Positions 23,386 to 35,799 of a DNA stretch of 41,057 bases are shown here, in pieces. Location of the stretch: assembly GCA_002104905.1 (NCBI GenBank), contig MCFE01000738.1, forward strand, positions 1 through 41,057, read 5' to 3'. The notes beneath the pieces were generated by a model that made no database searches, was not told the DNA's origin, and saw only the letters and a program-made list of their open reading frames with translations. A program made the position numbers and the translations under genes. How positions within the stretch are numbered: position 1 is the stretch's first letter; each line of letters starts with the position of its first letter. Origin of the DNA: Basidiobolus meristosporus CBS 931.73 (lineage: Eukaryota; Fungi; Basidiobolomycota).

Positions 23386-24859
23386 TTGGTATTTCGATAC
23401 AAACGCTTGCCATTCGCGTGTTTTCAAATTTTTCGACTGTTCATATTTGGAGATCCTTCTCAACCTTCGGCCCCTTTCACGGCCCTCTTGATGCTGTCCT
23501 GTCCTACAATGAACAAGAGATCCTTGCGCCAATGTTCATCAGTTTTTACACATCAGCATTTGTAACCTAAAAAGCCAGTTTACATAAAAAGTACGCATAT
23601 ACAGTATCAGACCGAGGGGTTGTGTGCTAAATAATGCTTTTATGCTCCATGCCTAAGATTCCTATGTGTCGGGAAGCAAGGTACACCCTTCAGCAGTACG
23701 ACTGATCGGATCTCACATTGGCCCGGCCCCACAGTAATGTTGAATGACCTTACGTTTCGCTCACTGGACAGAGGTGCATTAGGACTCTGGCCAGAAGCAC
23801 GAATGATTGGTTGATCGCGAAGGTGCTGGTATTTGTTTGCACTGGTGGAGATGATTCATCACACCGTAAGTGATCTCAAAGCTCAATAGATTCAGATGTT
23901 ACATTGCTATTCACTCCTGAATGACAGTGTGGTCAGAGTTCTAATCCGTGCCATAATCACCTGTAAAGATTCTCAACACCACACAGGGGACAGGGGTTAG
24001 ACTGCTTTTCAGTCTCCAGTTGTTTGACTGCCGCATATTTGGGGCAAACTTCAGCACTGGTACCTCACTCACGAGGGTTTGTCATTCTAGGAATATTGTC
24101 TTCTGGGTTTGAGCACCCATGGAAGTTGTAAAGGAACGGCCAATAGGACGATGTGCTGTTGCAAGTATCAACGAAACAACCTTGGCAGTGCCAATTTTAG
24201 CACACCTCGTACTTATTCATGGCAAATCATCGCTTTGGAGGGGATGCGATGTTTCAAACTTCCCAGCAACTTCTGACTGTCCATTTAATGGGTCTCAGCT
24301 CTCCTTTTCCTGTCAATCAGGTTGCGAATTCGATTCTTAGTCGTGGTGTGGGGAGATGGCATGCCACACTATGCTCTCCCCATTCCAGAGGTACATTCCT
24401 ACACTCTTGTATACAGCCATGGATCTCTGGTATAGATAATTCAAGTCCAGGCATCTGTTAACATCCGTGCAGCGAAATACTGAACGAAATACGTATATGC
24501 TCTAGTTTGAAATATTCGGTGTATTTGATGACTAGAGTACGTCTTAGAGCGTGCCTGATTCAATAGCCAGTAGCTCACTGATTGCGCAGTGCAGCCTATG
24601 AACTACTCCGTACACTTGCTAGTCAAACACGACTCTGTATCAATCAAACTGTCCCAAATTTGGTAGGTGTTCCTGTGATTCGTAAGCTAAAAGCTACTAA
24701 CCCAGGTTTAATGCTACTCTGTATTTCGCTGGTGACGACTGGAACATGAGATCCTATAAAATACCCGGTTTACAGGTCGGAAGCCCACTCGTCTGATATT
24801 AACTGTCGATTCTGGTTTTCTAGCTCTTGATATTCACCAAATACCTTTTTTCCTCAATT

Positions 24860-26047
24860 ATGGGCCTCGTTGACACATTCATGCTGGAGGAAAATCGGCC
24901 CTTCAGACGCAAGATGATCATTACCATCAGTGCCCTGGTCGTGGTCAATGTTGGCCTTTGGATTGGTGCGGTAATCGCCCTGAGGTCGTATGATGGACTT
25001 ATCAGCCAAGCAGTCCTAGCTTACACACTTGGGCTGCGCCATGCCCTGGACGCTGACCATATCACAGGTAAGCTTCGAGGATCTATCATATACGCACCAG
25101 GTTACTAATGCCGTTCGCTACTAGCTATTGACAATGTTACCCGCAAACTAATCCAAGCCAATAAAAGGCCATGTCTGGTGGGTCTTTTCTTCTCCCTTGG
25201 GCACTCAACCATCGTAATCGTGGCATCCATCGCCATTGCTGCCACTGCCACAGCCGTTGCAGATAGGTTCCCCGCATTCCAGGAGGTTGGTGGTGTTATT
25301 GGCACCTGCGTGTCTGGCGCGTTTTTGCTACTTATCGGGATCATGAACGCAGTCGTACTGGTTACCATCTGGAAGCAGTTAAAAACCCTTCGTCGTGAGA
25401 AGGTGTATCGTGAGATCGACGTTGAAGAGATGCTCAATTCAGGTGGTGTTTTGGCGCGCTTTTTCAGGCCCATTTTCAACTTCATCGATGCAAGCTGGAA
25501 AATGTACCCTCTAGGGGTGCTGTTCGGGTTTGGGTTTGATACAGCAACTGAGATCACACTTTTGGCCTTAGCCGCTACGCAAGCCAACAGTGGTTTGCCC
25601 ATTGGCCTAATCCTCTTCTTCCCGTTTTTGTTCACGGCTGGGATGTCATTGATCGATACTCTGGACGGAATGCTGATGCTATGTACTTACAGTTGGGCTT
25701 TCATCTCACCCATCCGAAAGATTTACTTCAACTTTACCATCACATTCATATCGGTGGTGATTGCGTTGGCCATTGGGATGGTTCAAGTGTTCAACATCTT
25801 GGGAGAGAAATTGGAGTTACAAGGCGCTTTTTGGGATTTCTTCGGCAAGGTCGGCGACCACTTCGACATCATTGGATATTGCATCGTAGGGTTCTTCGTG
25901 CTTATCTGGATTGTTGCCGCAGTGGTGTACAAGTATGGTGGATTCAAGGATCTCGAAAAGGACATAGTCGTTATTCGTGGTGAGGATGATGCTGTGCATC
26001 TGGAGAAAGGGGAAGATGGGCTGAAGGTTGAAACCACCATCAACTGA
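24860..26047 (+). CDS. nic1: High-affinity nickel/cobalt permease (NiCoT; Nic1/HoxN/NixA family), 1 intron (25068-25124)
   Basis: Signature GLRHALDADHIT|AIDNVTRK, FFSLGHSTIV, YPLGVLFGFGFDTATE, LFTAGMSLIDTLDG. Confidence 0.93.
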
Positions 26048-26374
26048 CAGCGTACCAGGTTCCATCATCGTACAATCCATCGCTATTCCTTCTACCCCCA
26101 AAATCATTACATATCAATGCCACCCGCTCTGCCCTAAAAATCATTACATATGGACCTTAATCGTACTCGAATAATAAACAATGCCACATGGTCTCCAGCA
26201 AAACTGGCAGTCGTAGTCCTGGAATTGACTCGACTAACCCTAACCCTATGTGAACCAAGGTGATTGATATACAATGCATTCTTGAATGCCAATGATGCGT
26301 GCTGATTGGGGCAAGCTTAAGAGACATGTCGAGAGATCAAAGGTATGTTTATCAATTGAGCACAAGGAGTATTC

Positions 26375-28253
26375 TTAAGCAGAATGCAGCGATTTCCAGA
26401 AACTAATTCTCGAATCTCTAACGCTATCTTGCATCGGCTCCTTCTCAACCCTACCTCCTGATTCGAAAACCAGTGAAACCCCATTTCCGTCAGTTAACGG
26501 CTCCCAATCCTCGCCTGGTACTCCGTGACTAGCAAAGTTGACCCAGTACTCGGTGATTCTTTGGGCTAGTTTCTTCTCAGCCTCATTGAGATAGTCTACT
26601 TGGTTGAAAACAAACGGAATTTCCACGGCATGATGAATGCCAAGGTTAAGATGGGCTGTTTTCTCCAACGGCGAGTTGAATCGATAGAAGTAAACCTTGC
26701 GCGACGGCCCCCCGCGGACCAGGTCGCATGCATTGTCTCGAATGGGGTGGACGAAAATTCGATCACCATATATTTTAGCCCCAGCGAGCATAACCGAGCC
26801 TTCAAATGAATCCAACGGATACAGACTCTCGATAGTTGGAACAATCTTAGCAGGGAAGACCGCCTCGAGATTGGCGCGGTACGTTTCTAATTTCCCAAAG
26901 CCAGCCAAGAATATAGACCCCTCGTCCGTGTTTTCTCCGATAATGATATCTTTGACGAACGGGTCAAAGTTGTCGGGATTCTGGTACAGGAGTCTGGGGC
27001 TCTGCTTAATGGTGGCGCCATCTATGGTTCCGACCCACAGCAAATACCTCTTTTCTGACACTGCAACTATGGTGTCTATGAGCTTCTCGCTAGACACCTT
27101 GCGGAGCTGGGCAACCTTGTCATCCCCGGTTATGGTCAGTTGCTTACAGATTTCGTCAAAAATTATTTGCTGTTTTTCCATGGTGGCAGCCGGCAGCGTA
27201 TCCAGACCACCGGACTGCAAGATAGCTCTCTGGAACAATCCTCTTGAGATGACCAGATGGTGAGCTAAACTGACGGAGCCTGCAGATTCACCAAATCCAC
27301 ATATACGAGTGCTGTCTCCGCCAAAATAAGAGATATTCTCTTTTACCTAAGAACAAAACACGATGAGGACGCCAAACCGTTTGACTGTAAGGAAATCATT
27401 GATATGCCCTACCCATTCAAAGGCAAGTCTTTGGTCCAAGAATCCATAGTTTCCTGCACTGCCATCCTCGGAATCTTCAGCAAGCTCTTTGCTTGCTAGG
27501 AAGCCAAACACATTGAGGCGATAATTGATGACTACTACCACAACCGGTTTCGCTTGGACCAACCGGGTACCATCTATTTGGATGAAAGCAATAGTACATA
27601 TCGAATTTCGGAGCTAGTCAACGCAAATGCATTGTTTTACGTTACCGTAAATTGGAAGCGAGTTTGCGCCGTCCTTTAGAGAGCCGCCATGAATCCATAC
27701 CTTAGAAAGCGAGCTTTGTAAGAGCGTGGCAAAGAGGTTTGAGCTAGCTGTAAAAACAAACCATCACTGGCCAACCCTCCTTGGGTTTGGTTGCCGAGGG
27801 TGGAGTCCAAATGTTTAAATTTAAACAGTTATCCTCATCCTGGTCAGGTACGAAATCCGAGATACCGGGAAAAGTTGCTATAAGAGCTTTCGGCTGAGGA
27901 CAGCTTGGCCTATGAAGCATAAATGGAAGGTTACATTCGCTAAAGTAAGGGGAGTTTTTAACTCAAAGAAATTGATACCCGGTCTTGGTTGCATCAAAGA
28001 GTTCCGTCGCACCGAGTTGTAGTTTCTGTGGTTTTTTCCATCTCAATTCACCAACTGGCGCCTTTCAGTCATAAGGACAAGTTGGCATTTCGCCTGGCTT
28101 GTGAATAGTGTAATCATCAGAAGGCTTGCGTGGGAACCCTACCTGAGCATACGGAATATTAAGGAAAGCTTGGTGCGCTTTATAGGCAAGGCCTTGATAT
28201 TTGCCTTGAGGGAGCTCAACAACGATTTGGTTTACGTAGCTCTCAGAACTCAT
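26375..28253 (-). CDS. Type-B carboxylesterase/lipase (alpha/beta hydrolase), multi-exon, no obvious signal peptide
   Basis: FLNIPYAQ, EDNCLNLNIWTP, WIHGGS, VINYRLNVFGF, GNYGFLDQRLAFEW|V..FGGD..GFGESAG (nucleophile), LFQRAILQSG, GENTDEG (acid), HHAVE (His). Confidence 0.92.
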
Positions 28254-30152
28254 ACTTGATTACAAGTATCCCCAGAACTGCATGATGAATTTATAGTGGT
28301 GACTAGCTAGCATGACACATCCATTGTGTAACAATTGTGATCCAATTGTTGCGAATGCTGTCGTTAAATCAAGTAGCGCTCCGAGCACTTCGCCAGGCTA
28401 AGCTTTGTGAGAGCCGTCGGCAAGAAATACCGAATATTCCCAGAACAGTCGTCACACATCTCGAAGTTGCATTTTGAGAAATAAACATTATTATTAAACA
28501 ACATTTCAAGGACTAATCAACTTTCATGCGTAGCATCGCTTACCTTCAGCATCCTACTTCACAAGGATTTGAATATTTTGGGGAGTGATTATTCCTATAT
28601 ACATTTAGTCCATCAACACAAGCCTTTGGAATATATCAATACCGGTTGATTTTTGAGCAGGCTTGGGAAAGGGTCAGCCCTGCTGAGGGTTGATGGTCAG
28701 AATATTTACCAGCAATTGACATTTGGGCCTGCAGCTGATTAGTAACAAAGGCCACTTTGGCCTGAGATGGAACGGAATCCAGTCGGCACGACACGAATTC
28801 GATATGTCACATCACCGGGAATATTGCCGGAGAATTGCTTGGGATCTGCCGCCAATGTCGGACCCTATCAATCTCTGAGATGAATGAATGATCCTTGTAA
28901 AATATGAGAACATACTCCTTCGCCACCAATCACGTGCACTCCTATGCAGGCGATATTCACCTAATAAACCAGTATCTTTGGCATGCCGTTGCATAGTTCT
29001 AGATCAAGTGGCATTGAGCCACCGCTATTGGATCCACTCAACTTCAGTTGCAACTTCCGTATTTAGTGTGATAGTTGGAGTCTATGAGCCGCCAAAGGAA
29101 CCGATTCCCGGAACACAAAGGGTGGAGGTGATCACCATGCATTCAAGTAGAACAAATTTCAGTTGGCTCGAGTTGCATCTTAATTTGGCAAGATCGTAGA
29201 TAACCATGGAAGTTCAATCCACAAGGGTAAACCAATAGCCACCAAGCCTTGCTTAACGGCGATCCCATGTTGTGTTGAACATTGGTGCGCGGCAGATTAG
29301 CCAAAACCAGCGCATAGGGCTGTGGCTTGTGAAGGGGGGTGGGCGAGTTTTAGTATGGTTGAAGGAAGGTTTCTCGTAAAAGGGAATCCGTATCTGGAGT
29401 AAATTTCCTTGTTTGATTCCTTCAGTCACTGGCGAATATGGCTAGCCAGTAATCTTTTCATTTCCCTGGCTAATCATCCCGGGTATGTCTTACCAGCAAT
29501 AATCATGGATATCGCCTCCCTTGGTCGGTCTCAACGTGAGGTACCCACTTCTCGACACTTGAGTGGTTTTGCTTGTACTACAGTTGTGACATGATGATGT
29601 GGCGACTTGTCGGGGAATATTCTCGTGGGTAATCTACGTTTGTGTTCACAGTACTGTTATTGTGGAATGCTCACGGCGGAATTCCTATAAATCGGGTGGC
29701 TGAATATTTTTAAGCGCCTCTTTTAAGATTTAATCTGTTCTGTTGAGTCACCATATTACGTTCGGAAATTTTGACTGAAGGGTAATCTTAGTGATTCTAG
29801 TATTCGGATGTACCAGTTTAGTAGATAAGCATTGGGCAGATGAGCCCTAATGGTCACATGGAATCAGATATGCCAACAAAGTGGACTCCACAGAAAGTCG
29901 ACCAGAACAGAATACGTCCAGCATGTGAAATCGTTGGCCAAATCGTCTAGCAGTCAGGCCCTCTTCGAACATTGGGTCGGAGATACCACAGTTAGAGTCG
30001 GAGAGCAAATAAGAATACCAAATTTGTATATGCTAAAGGAAGTCCGGACTTGGGAAACGAGGTCATGTCTATTGGTGTTTTCTAATTGGAAGCAATAGAG
30101 TGAGCATGGTAGACTATGGATCCGGTAACCATGAGAATTTGGGATTCTGAGG

Positions 30153-30160
30153 TATAAATA
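30153..30160 (+). promoter_or_regulatory. Putative TATA box of the GH20 gene
   Basis: TATAAATA 63 nt upstream of the ATG at 30223. Confidence 0.4.
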
Positions 30161-30222
30161 ACCTCCAAACGACACGCTAAAAACCAAACATCTCAACTAC
30201 TCTACTTTAGACGTCAGCTATT

Positions 30223-31905
30223 ATGGTTGCTATCAAGCTCCTGACCGGTCTCTCGCTATTTGCCGCCTCTACCATGGCTTGGGTCTGGCCATTGCCTCAG
30301 AAAATGGAGGTTGGCAACGATATCCTTCGTCTTGACGACAGTTTCTGGATTCACTACAATGCGCCTTACGAGACCCATGCTATTATTCGGAAAGCTATTC
30401 ATCGTTACAAGAAGTTGATCTTCAACAAGGGCGAATTTGGAGACCAGTTGGATACTGTTAACGCAACTGTCTTCCCTGCTGGAAAAACTTCGATCCCCGA
30501 GCTGCCTCCTCAACCGATGGGCTGGTATCCTAGTATGAACAGACTCGTCATCAACGTAGAGGATTCTAGTCTACGCCTCCAGATGGACACTGATGAGTCC
30601 TACACTCTTGATGTTCCTGCTGAAGGAGACTCCGTGATTACCGCAAAGACCGTCTTCGGAGCCCTTCGTGGACTCGAGTCCTTCTCTCAACTTGTCAAAT
30701 GGCACAGCTCTACCGATCAGTTCCGTATCCCATTGGCTCCAGTCCATATCACCGACTATCCCAAGTTCTCACATCGTGGTATCCTCATCGATACTTCACG
30801 TAATTATCTGACTCCTAAAGCCATCAAAAGAACCTTGGACGCTATGTCCTACAACAAGCTCAATGTTCTCCACTGGCATATCATTGATTCACATAGTTTC
30901 CCACTCAAGTCATGGATGTACCCTGAATTAGCCAGAGCTGCCTATAACAAGGACTGGGTCTATGATGAAAACACTATCCGTGACATCGTGAGTTATGCTA
31001 AGGACAGAGGAATCCGTGTCATGCCTGAGTATGATATTCCAGGCCACTCGTATTCCTGGGGTATTGCGATGCCTGAAATCGTTTCGTGCATGAACAGACA
31101 GCCCGACTGGTCCGATTTCGCTGCGGAGCCTCCCAGTGGCCAACTCAACCTTATCAATCCCAGAACATTGGAGGTGGTTCGCAATCTTTTGCAGGAAACC
31201 ACCAAATGGTTCGAAGAAGAACTCTTCCATATTGGTGGTGATGAGGTGAACATGAAATGCTGGGAAACCTCACCTGGATACCCCGAATATCTCAAGGAGC
31301 ACAACACTACCTTGGACGCCCTCTTTGCTGATTTCATTCACAAGGATCACAGCTATGTCAGAGAAAACAAGAAGGTTCCTGTCACCTGGCAAGGTGCTCT
31401 CCTTACTCAAAACGTCACAATGGAAGATGACGTCATTGTCCAGACATGGTTAGGAAATGCCGCCTCCGTTGCTGCAGTTCGCCTTGGTCATCGTGTAATT
31501 GCATCTAGCTACGAGCATTCTTACTTGGATTGTGGCCACGGTGCTTGGATTGCCTCTAGCCTTGGCAACTCCTGGTGTGACCCTTATAAGTCATGGCAAG
31601 TGATCTACAGTTACGAAATGACTGCAAACATGACTGAAGCTGAAGCTAAATTGGTCATTGGCGGTGAGACAGCCATGTGGGGTGAGCAGGTTGACTCTAT
31701 TAACTTTGATGCTCGTGTCTGGCCTCGTGCCTCTTCCTCGGCTGAGGTTCTGTGGAGTGGAAACACTCTGGCTAACGGAACTCTTAGACCCACTGCTGAC
31801 GTTTCCCCCAGAATTAATGAGATGCGTGCTCGTCTTGTTGACCGCGGCATTGGTGCTGCTGCTCTCCAACCACTTTGGTGCCAGCGTTTCCCTGGCATGT
31901 GCTAA
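30223..31905 (+). CDS. Secreted beta-N-acetylhexosaminidase (GH20), intronless
   Basis: Signal peptide; DESYTL, VFGALRGLESFSQL, HRGILIDTSR, NKLNVLHWHIIDS, catalytic HIGGDE, YLDCGHG, GGETAMWGEQVD, VWPRASSSAEVLWS. Confidence 0.95.
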   Translation: MVAIKLLTGLSLFAASTMAWVWPLPQKMEVGNDILRLDDSFWIHYNAPYETHAIIRKAIHRYKKLIFNKGEFGDQLDTVNATVFPAGKTSIPELPPQPMGWYPSMNRLVINVEDSSLRLQMDTDESYTLDVPAEGDSVITAKTVFGALRGLESFSQLVKWHSSTDQFRIPLAPVHITDYPKFSHRGILIDTSRNYLTPKAIKRTLDAMSYNKLNVLHWHIIDSHSFPLKSWMYPELARAAYNKDWVYDENTIRDIVSYAKDRGIRVMPEYDIPGHSYSWGIAMPEIVSCMNRQPDWSDFAAEPPSGQLNLINPRTLEVVRNLLQETTKWFEEELFHIGGDEVNMKCWETSPGYPEYLKEHNTTLDALFADFIHKDHSYVRENKKVPVTWQGALLTQNVTMEDDVIVQTWLGNAASVAAVRLGHRVIASSYEHSYLDCGHGAWIASSLGNSWCDPYKSWQVIYSYEMTANMTEAEAKLVIGGETAMWGEQVDSINFDARVWPRASSSAEVLWSGNTLANGTLRPTADVSPRINEMRARLVDRGIGAAALQPLWCQRFPGMC

Positions 31906-32456
31906 CTCATTGAAATTATTTTCTGACTCCTTCCTCAGGTTGTCGCCCGACATATGAAGTTGGATAGCAATATCGATTAGAACTGTATAGTAGAGCGTTT
32001 TAAGTTTGAAAAATAAGAATCATTGAAATGCGAAATTATTGCTCAAATAAATCCAGCGTTTTCCATGTAACTATCTGTTTACAGTATCTCACTATTATGA
32101 AAAATTGCCGAGATACGGGCTTCTAGGAACATCCCTGCTTGATCTCGATTTGAAACAGACCATCAGGGGTACTAAATATCTAGTCTTATACTAATTCTGC
32201 CACACCAGTATTGCACGTCTAATGGGAATCAGATGATTTCTGCATAGTTGCCAAATTTTCCTTCAGATGGAAAGCAATACTCCATCACGTGGTGTCGTTG
32301 AAAACAGCTATCTTACTGGCAGCATATACATATGTGGTGAAATTAAAGCAGAAAGCAAAGGTAGGGAACAAGTATTTTCAACCAATGCAGTCAGCGCTTG
32401 ATGCAGTTTACAGCTATATGCAAACGAATATCTTTGCCAGATACTCCGGGTAATAC

Positions 32457-32697
32457 TGTTGTAAATTTCGTAATTTCACCTAAATATTCCCCTGACTTAG
32501 TTGCTTAGATCGTTACCTTCAAATCTTAGAGAATTCGGACCAAATTCCTTGTTAGGATTTAATTGGAATATTTTCACCAAAATATCATGTACCCAGAACA
32601 TGAAATCCTGATAGGTCGTCCAAACAGCCCCAAATTCTGCGCACATGTTCTTGTGACCTTGCTAAACATATTCTACACGTTTGCTCTGCCAAGACTA
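32457..32697 (+). repeat. Old, diverged, 3'-truncated LTR of the same copia family
   Basis: Starts TGTTGTAAA and aligns by eye with the first ~240 nt of the 349-bp LTR (..CACCTAAATATT..ACCTTCAAATC..GTACCCAGAACATGAAA..CCAAACAGCCCCAAA..GCCAAGAC) with many substitutions. Confidence 0.8.
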
Positions 32698-33709
32698 TTT
32701 AAAAGTAGTATTTGAGGTTAGGGCTACAGTTCTGGTTCTTTATTGAGAAATTTGCATATTAAGTGCAGTCTTGAATTATGACACAGTCACATGAGTATAG
32801 TAGCTAACACCAGATGATAACAGCTACTTTGTCGGTAAAAGAGGTAAAAAACTGCAAAAGCTGTAAGGGTTATGTTTGTGGGGGAGACAGTTGCTAAGAG
32901 GTGAAATCTTTATTTCATTTAATACAAAGAAGTCAGCATTACTGTTGTACCTTTGATACAAGAGTGTGTGGCTGAGGTCAATATGTAGATATGTTAATAA
33001 GAAGAATTGAAAGCTCTGCAGTGCTCAAGACACTGTTCAGTGGGAAGGGTGGGCAGTAAGAGTTGCAAGAATGATATGTCAACAACAATAATAAGGGGAA
33101 CATGTTCTGGATTGATACACATCACAAAGGGAGTGTATTGCATATGGTACTGCTGCAAAAGGTCTATCAAGTACTTCATGTAGGCCAATCTAGGCTTTTC
33201 AAACTGTAGGATACAGTAAGCAAACTCCTTTAACTCCAGATCTTCAAATATGATTCTCCAGCAGGAACCAGGTGTACTGAGATGTGCACTTATCCAAGCC
33301 CTGCTAAGTGGGTGTTTGTAGTCGTAGAGTCTGAGATATAAACTGGTTCTAAGGAAGAGAAGTCTGATCTTGTATGACAATCACCCAAAGCACCAAGAAA
33401 TGCATGTCTGTAGGGGCATGCACATAGATAGGGGACCAAGAGTGTAATGCTTAAGACTTCAAGCTTGTTAAGCCTAGTGCAGTTGGAAGAAGTAAGAGGG
33501 AGAAGTAGCAAACCAGATTCTAGGACCTAAAACACAAACTGTCTGAGCCAAAGGAGGCAGCTAAGAGCTGAAGTACTCTATGAAAAATAATTTGGTCCTG
33601 TAGGTGGATCCAATCCAGATCAGCTGTCAAAATCCCATCAAGAGACTGCTATAATACCAGCAACTTGGAATCAATGACTTTCTAAACAATCTTATGACAG
33701 GATCACAAC

Positions 33710-34058
33710 TGTTGTAAGAGTCTTGGAGATATTGGAAGTGATTTGGAGAACAAGTAGATTATGTGGTTTTCACTTAATGATTTATTGAATGTAAAAGTAG
33801 TATTTATACTTTTACCTGGTCTTGTCATTACAAGCACGTAGAATAGGTTAAGGAAGGTCCCAAGAGCATGTGTGCAAAGTTTGGGGCTGTTTGGACAACT
33901 TTGAGAATTCTCATGTTCTGGGTACCTGGTATTTTGGTGAAAATATTCTAAGTAAATCCCAACAAGGAATTTGGTCAGTATTCTCTAGGATTTGAAGGTA
34001 ATGATCTAAGTGACTAAGTTAGGAGAATATTTAGGTGGAAATACAAATTTTTACAACA
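33710..34058 (-). repeat. 3' LTR of the host copia element (349 bp, TG..CA)
   Basis: Reverse complement of the LTR seen at 35800 and 40142; adjacent to the PPT. Confidence 0.93.
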
Positions 34059-34069
34059 CTCCCACTCAG

Positions 34070-35799
34070 CTAAATGTTCATACTGACTAGTCCTAATTTT
34101 GACCTAAGATATTCAAACTTGTCTCTAGCTAATGGTTTGGTAAATATGTCTGCAATCATTTCATCTGTAGGACAGTAAACTAAGCTAACTAAGTTATTCT
34201 CTATAGCTTCACATATGAAACAATGTCTAATATCTATGTGCTTGGTTCTAGCATGAAAAGTTGGATTTCTACCTAATTGTATACATCCTTGATTATCTTG
34301 ATATAAAGTAATAGGCATTTTTTGATATAGGCCTAAATCTGTAAAGAGCTTTCTTAACCACATTGCTTCTTTTGTAGCTTCACAGGCTGCCATATACTCT
34401 GCCTCTGTGGTGGAAAGTGTTACAGTTGGTTGCTTTCTTGAGTTCCATGATAATGCTCCTTTACAGTAAAGAAAGGTGTATCCTATGGTGGATCTTCTGT
34501 CTTCTAAATTTTGTCCCCAATCAGCATCAGAGTATCCCACAAGATCCTGTTCTGAATCCTTATAAGTATATCTTAAGCAGATATCAGCAGTTCCTTTTAG
34601 GTATCTAAAAATCCGCTTAACTGCTGCAATATGATCAGATCCATAGTTTTGATTATGTTGGCTGACAACTCCCACTGAATATGAGATATCTGGACATGTT
34701 CCAAGCATGATATACATCAGACTGCCGACCATAGATTGATAAGGAAAGTCAGGGCTTTCAGATGGCACCAAGCTCTCTTGATTTGGTTGAGTTTTGACCA
34801 AGTTAAGGTTTGTCTCCATTGGGGTAGCTGCCAGTTTACAGTCTTCCATTTTGTACTTCTTTAGTATATCTTGAATATACTTGGATTGACTTAGGGTCAT
34901 AGTCTGGGTACTTCTGTCTATGGAGAACTTAATCCCTAAGTAGTAACTAAGTTCTCCTAGATTGGACATCTTGAACTCCTTAGATAGGCTGGATTTAGTC
35001 TCTTCCAATGTTTCTAGGTTATTGGTGGCTATAATAAGGTCATTCACATATAGAGCTAATAGAACTGGATTTGCTCTATCTGGCTTATAGTATATACTAT
35101 AGTCAGCATTACTTCTTTTGAAACTCAAAGATTCCAAATAAGAATCTATCTTGCAATTCCAGGCTCTTGGTGATTGTTTGAGACCATATAGTGACTTTTT
35201 AAGCTTGCAGACCAAATGGGGGTTATCTTGGTCAATAAACCCATCAGGCTGGTCCATATACACGTCCTCATCAAGTTCTCCATTCAAAAATGCAGTTTTT
35301 ACATCCATTTGATGAATAAAAACTTATATTTGGCTGCAATAGCCAATATTAATCTGATGGAATTAAACTTGGCTACTGGTGCAAAGGTCTCTGTATAGTC
35401 AAGTCCTTTTGTATGAGAGTATCCTTTGGCTACAAGTCTTGCTTTGTATCTCTCAATTGTACCATCAGCCTTGTATTTTGTCTTGAAGACCCATCTGCAT
35501 CCAATTGATTTTTGGTTGATTGGTAATTTGACTAAGTCCCAAATTTGATTTTCCATCAGGGCCTGATATTCCTCAGTCATTGCAGATCTCCAAAACTTCA
35601 TCTGAGGGCTATTTAGGGCCTCTTTTACAGTCTGGGGTTCATCAATATGGGATGAATAGGCATAGGCTAAGTTTGTACCCTCATTGATGTAGTAATTTGG
35701 GCTATTTCTTGTCCAATTGGATCTCCGGGCATTTGATACTGGAATGATCACTTCTGGGATATTCCTGGGCACTGATTCTGGCTGAACCACGGTTGTAGA
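34070..35799 (-). pseudogene. Host-copy pol remnant: reverse transcriptase + RNase H
   Basis: [35 protein letters not shown] (mutated), YSDADW, TKHIDIR; frameshift ~35315. Confidence 0.9.

Noticed and set aside
26101-26247. 14-bp direct repeat AAATCATTACATAT (twice) and CTAACCCTAACCCT telomere-like doublet between convergent 3' ends
   Set aside because: Only two units each; too short for a CRISPR array, satellite or interstitial telomere.
28800-30200. ORFs in the divergent esterase/GH20 spacer (28888-29199, 29850-30098, 29954-30196)
   Set aside because: Short, motif-less and overlapping probable promoter DNA.
819-31905. CapA + NiCoT + esterase + GH20 as a horizontally acquired metabolic cluster
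   Set aside because: The genes are scattered over 31 kb among conserved housekeeping genes; NiCoT, esterase and GH20 look like ordinary fungal family members with no shared pathway.
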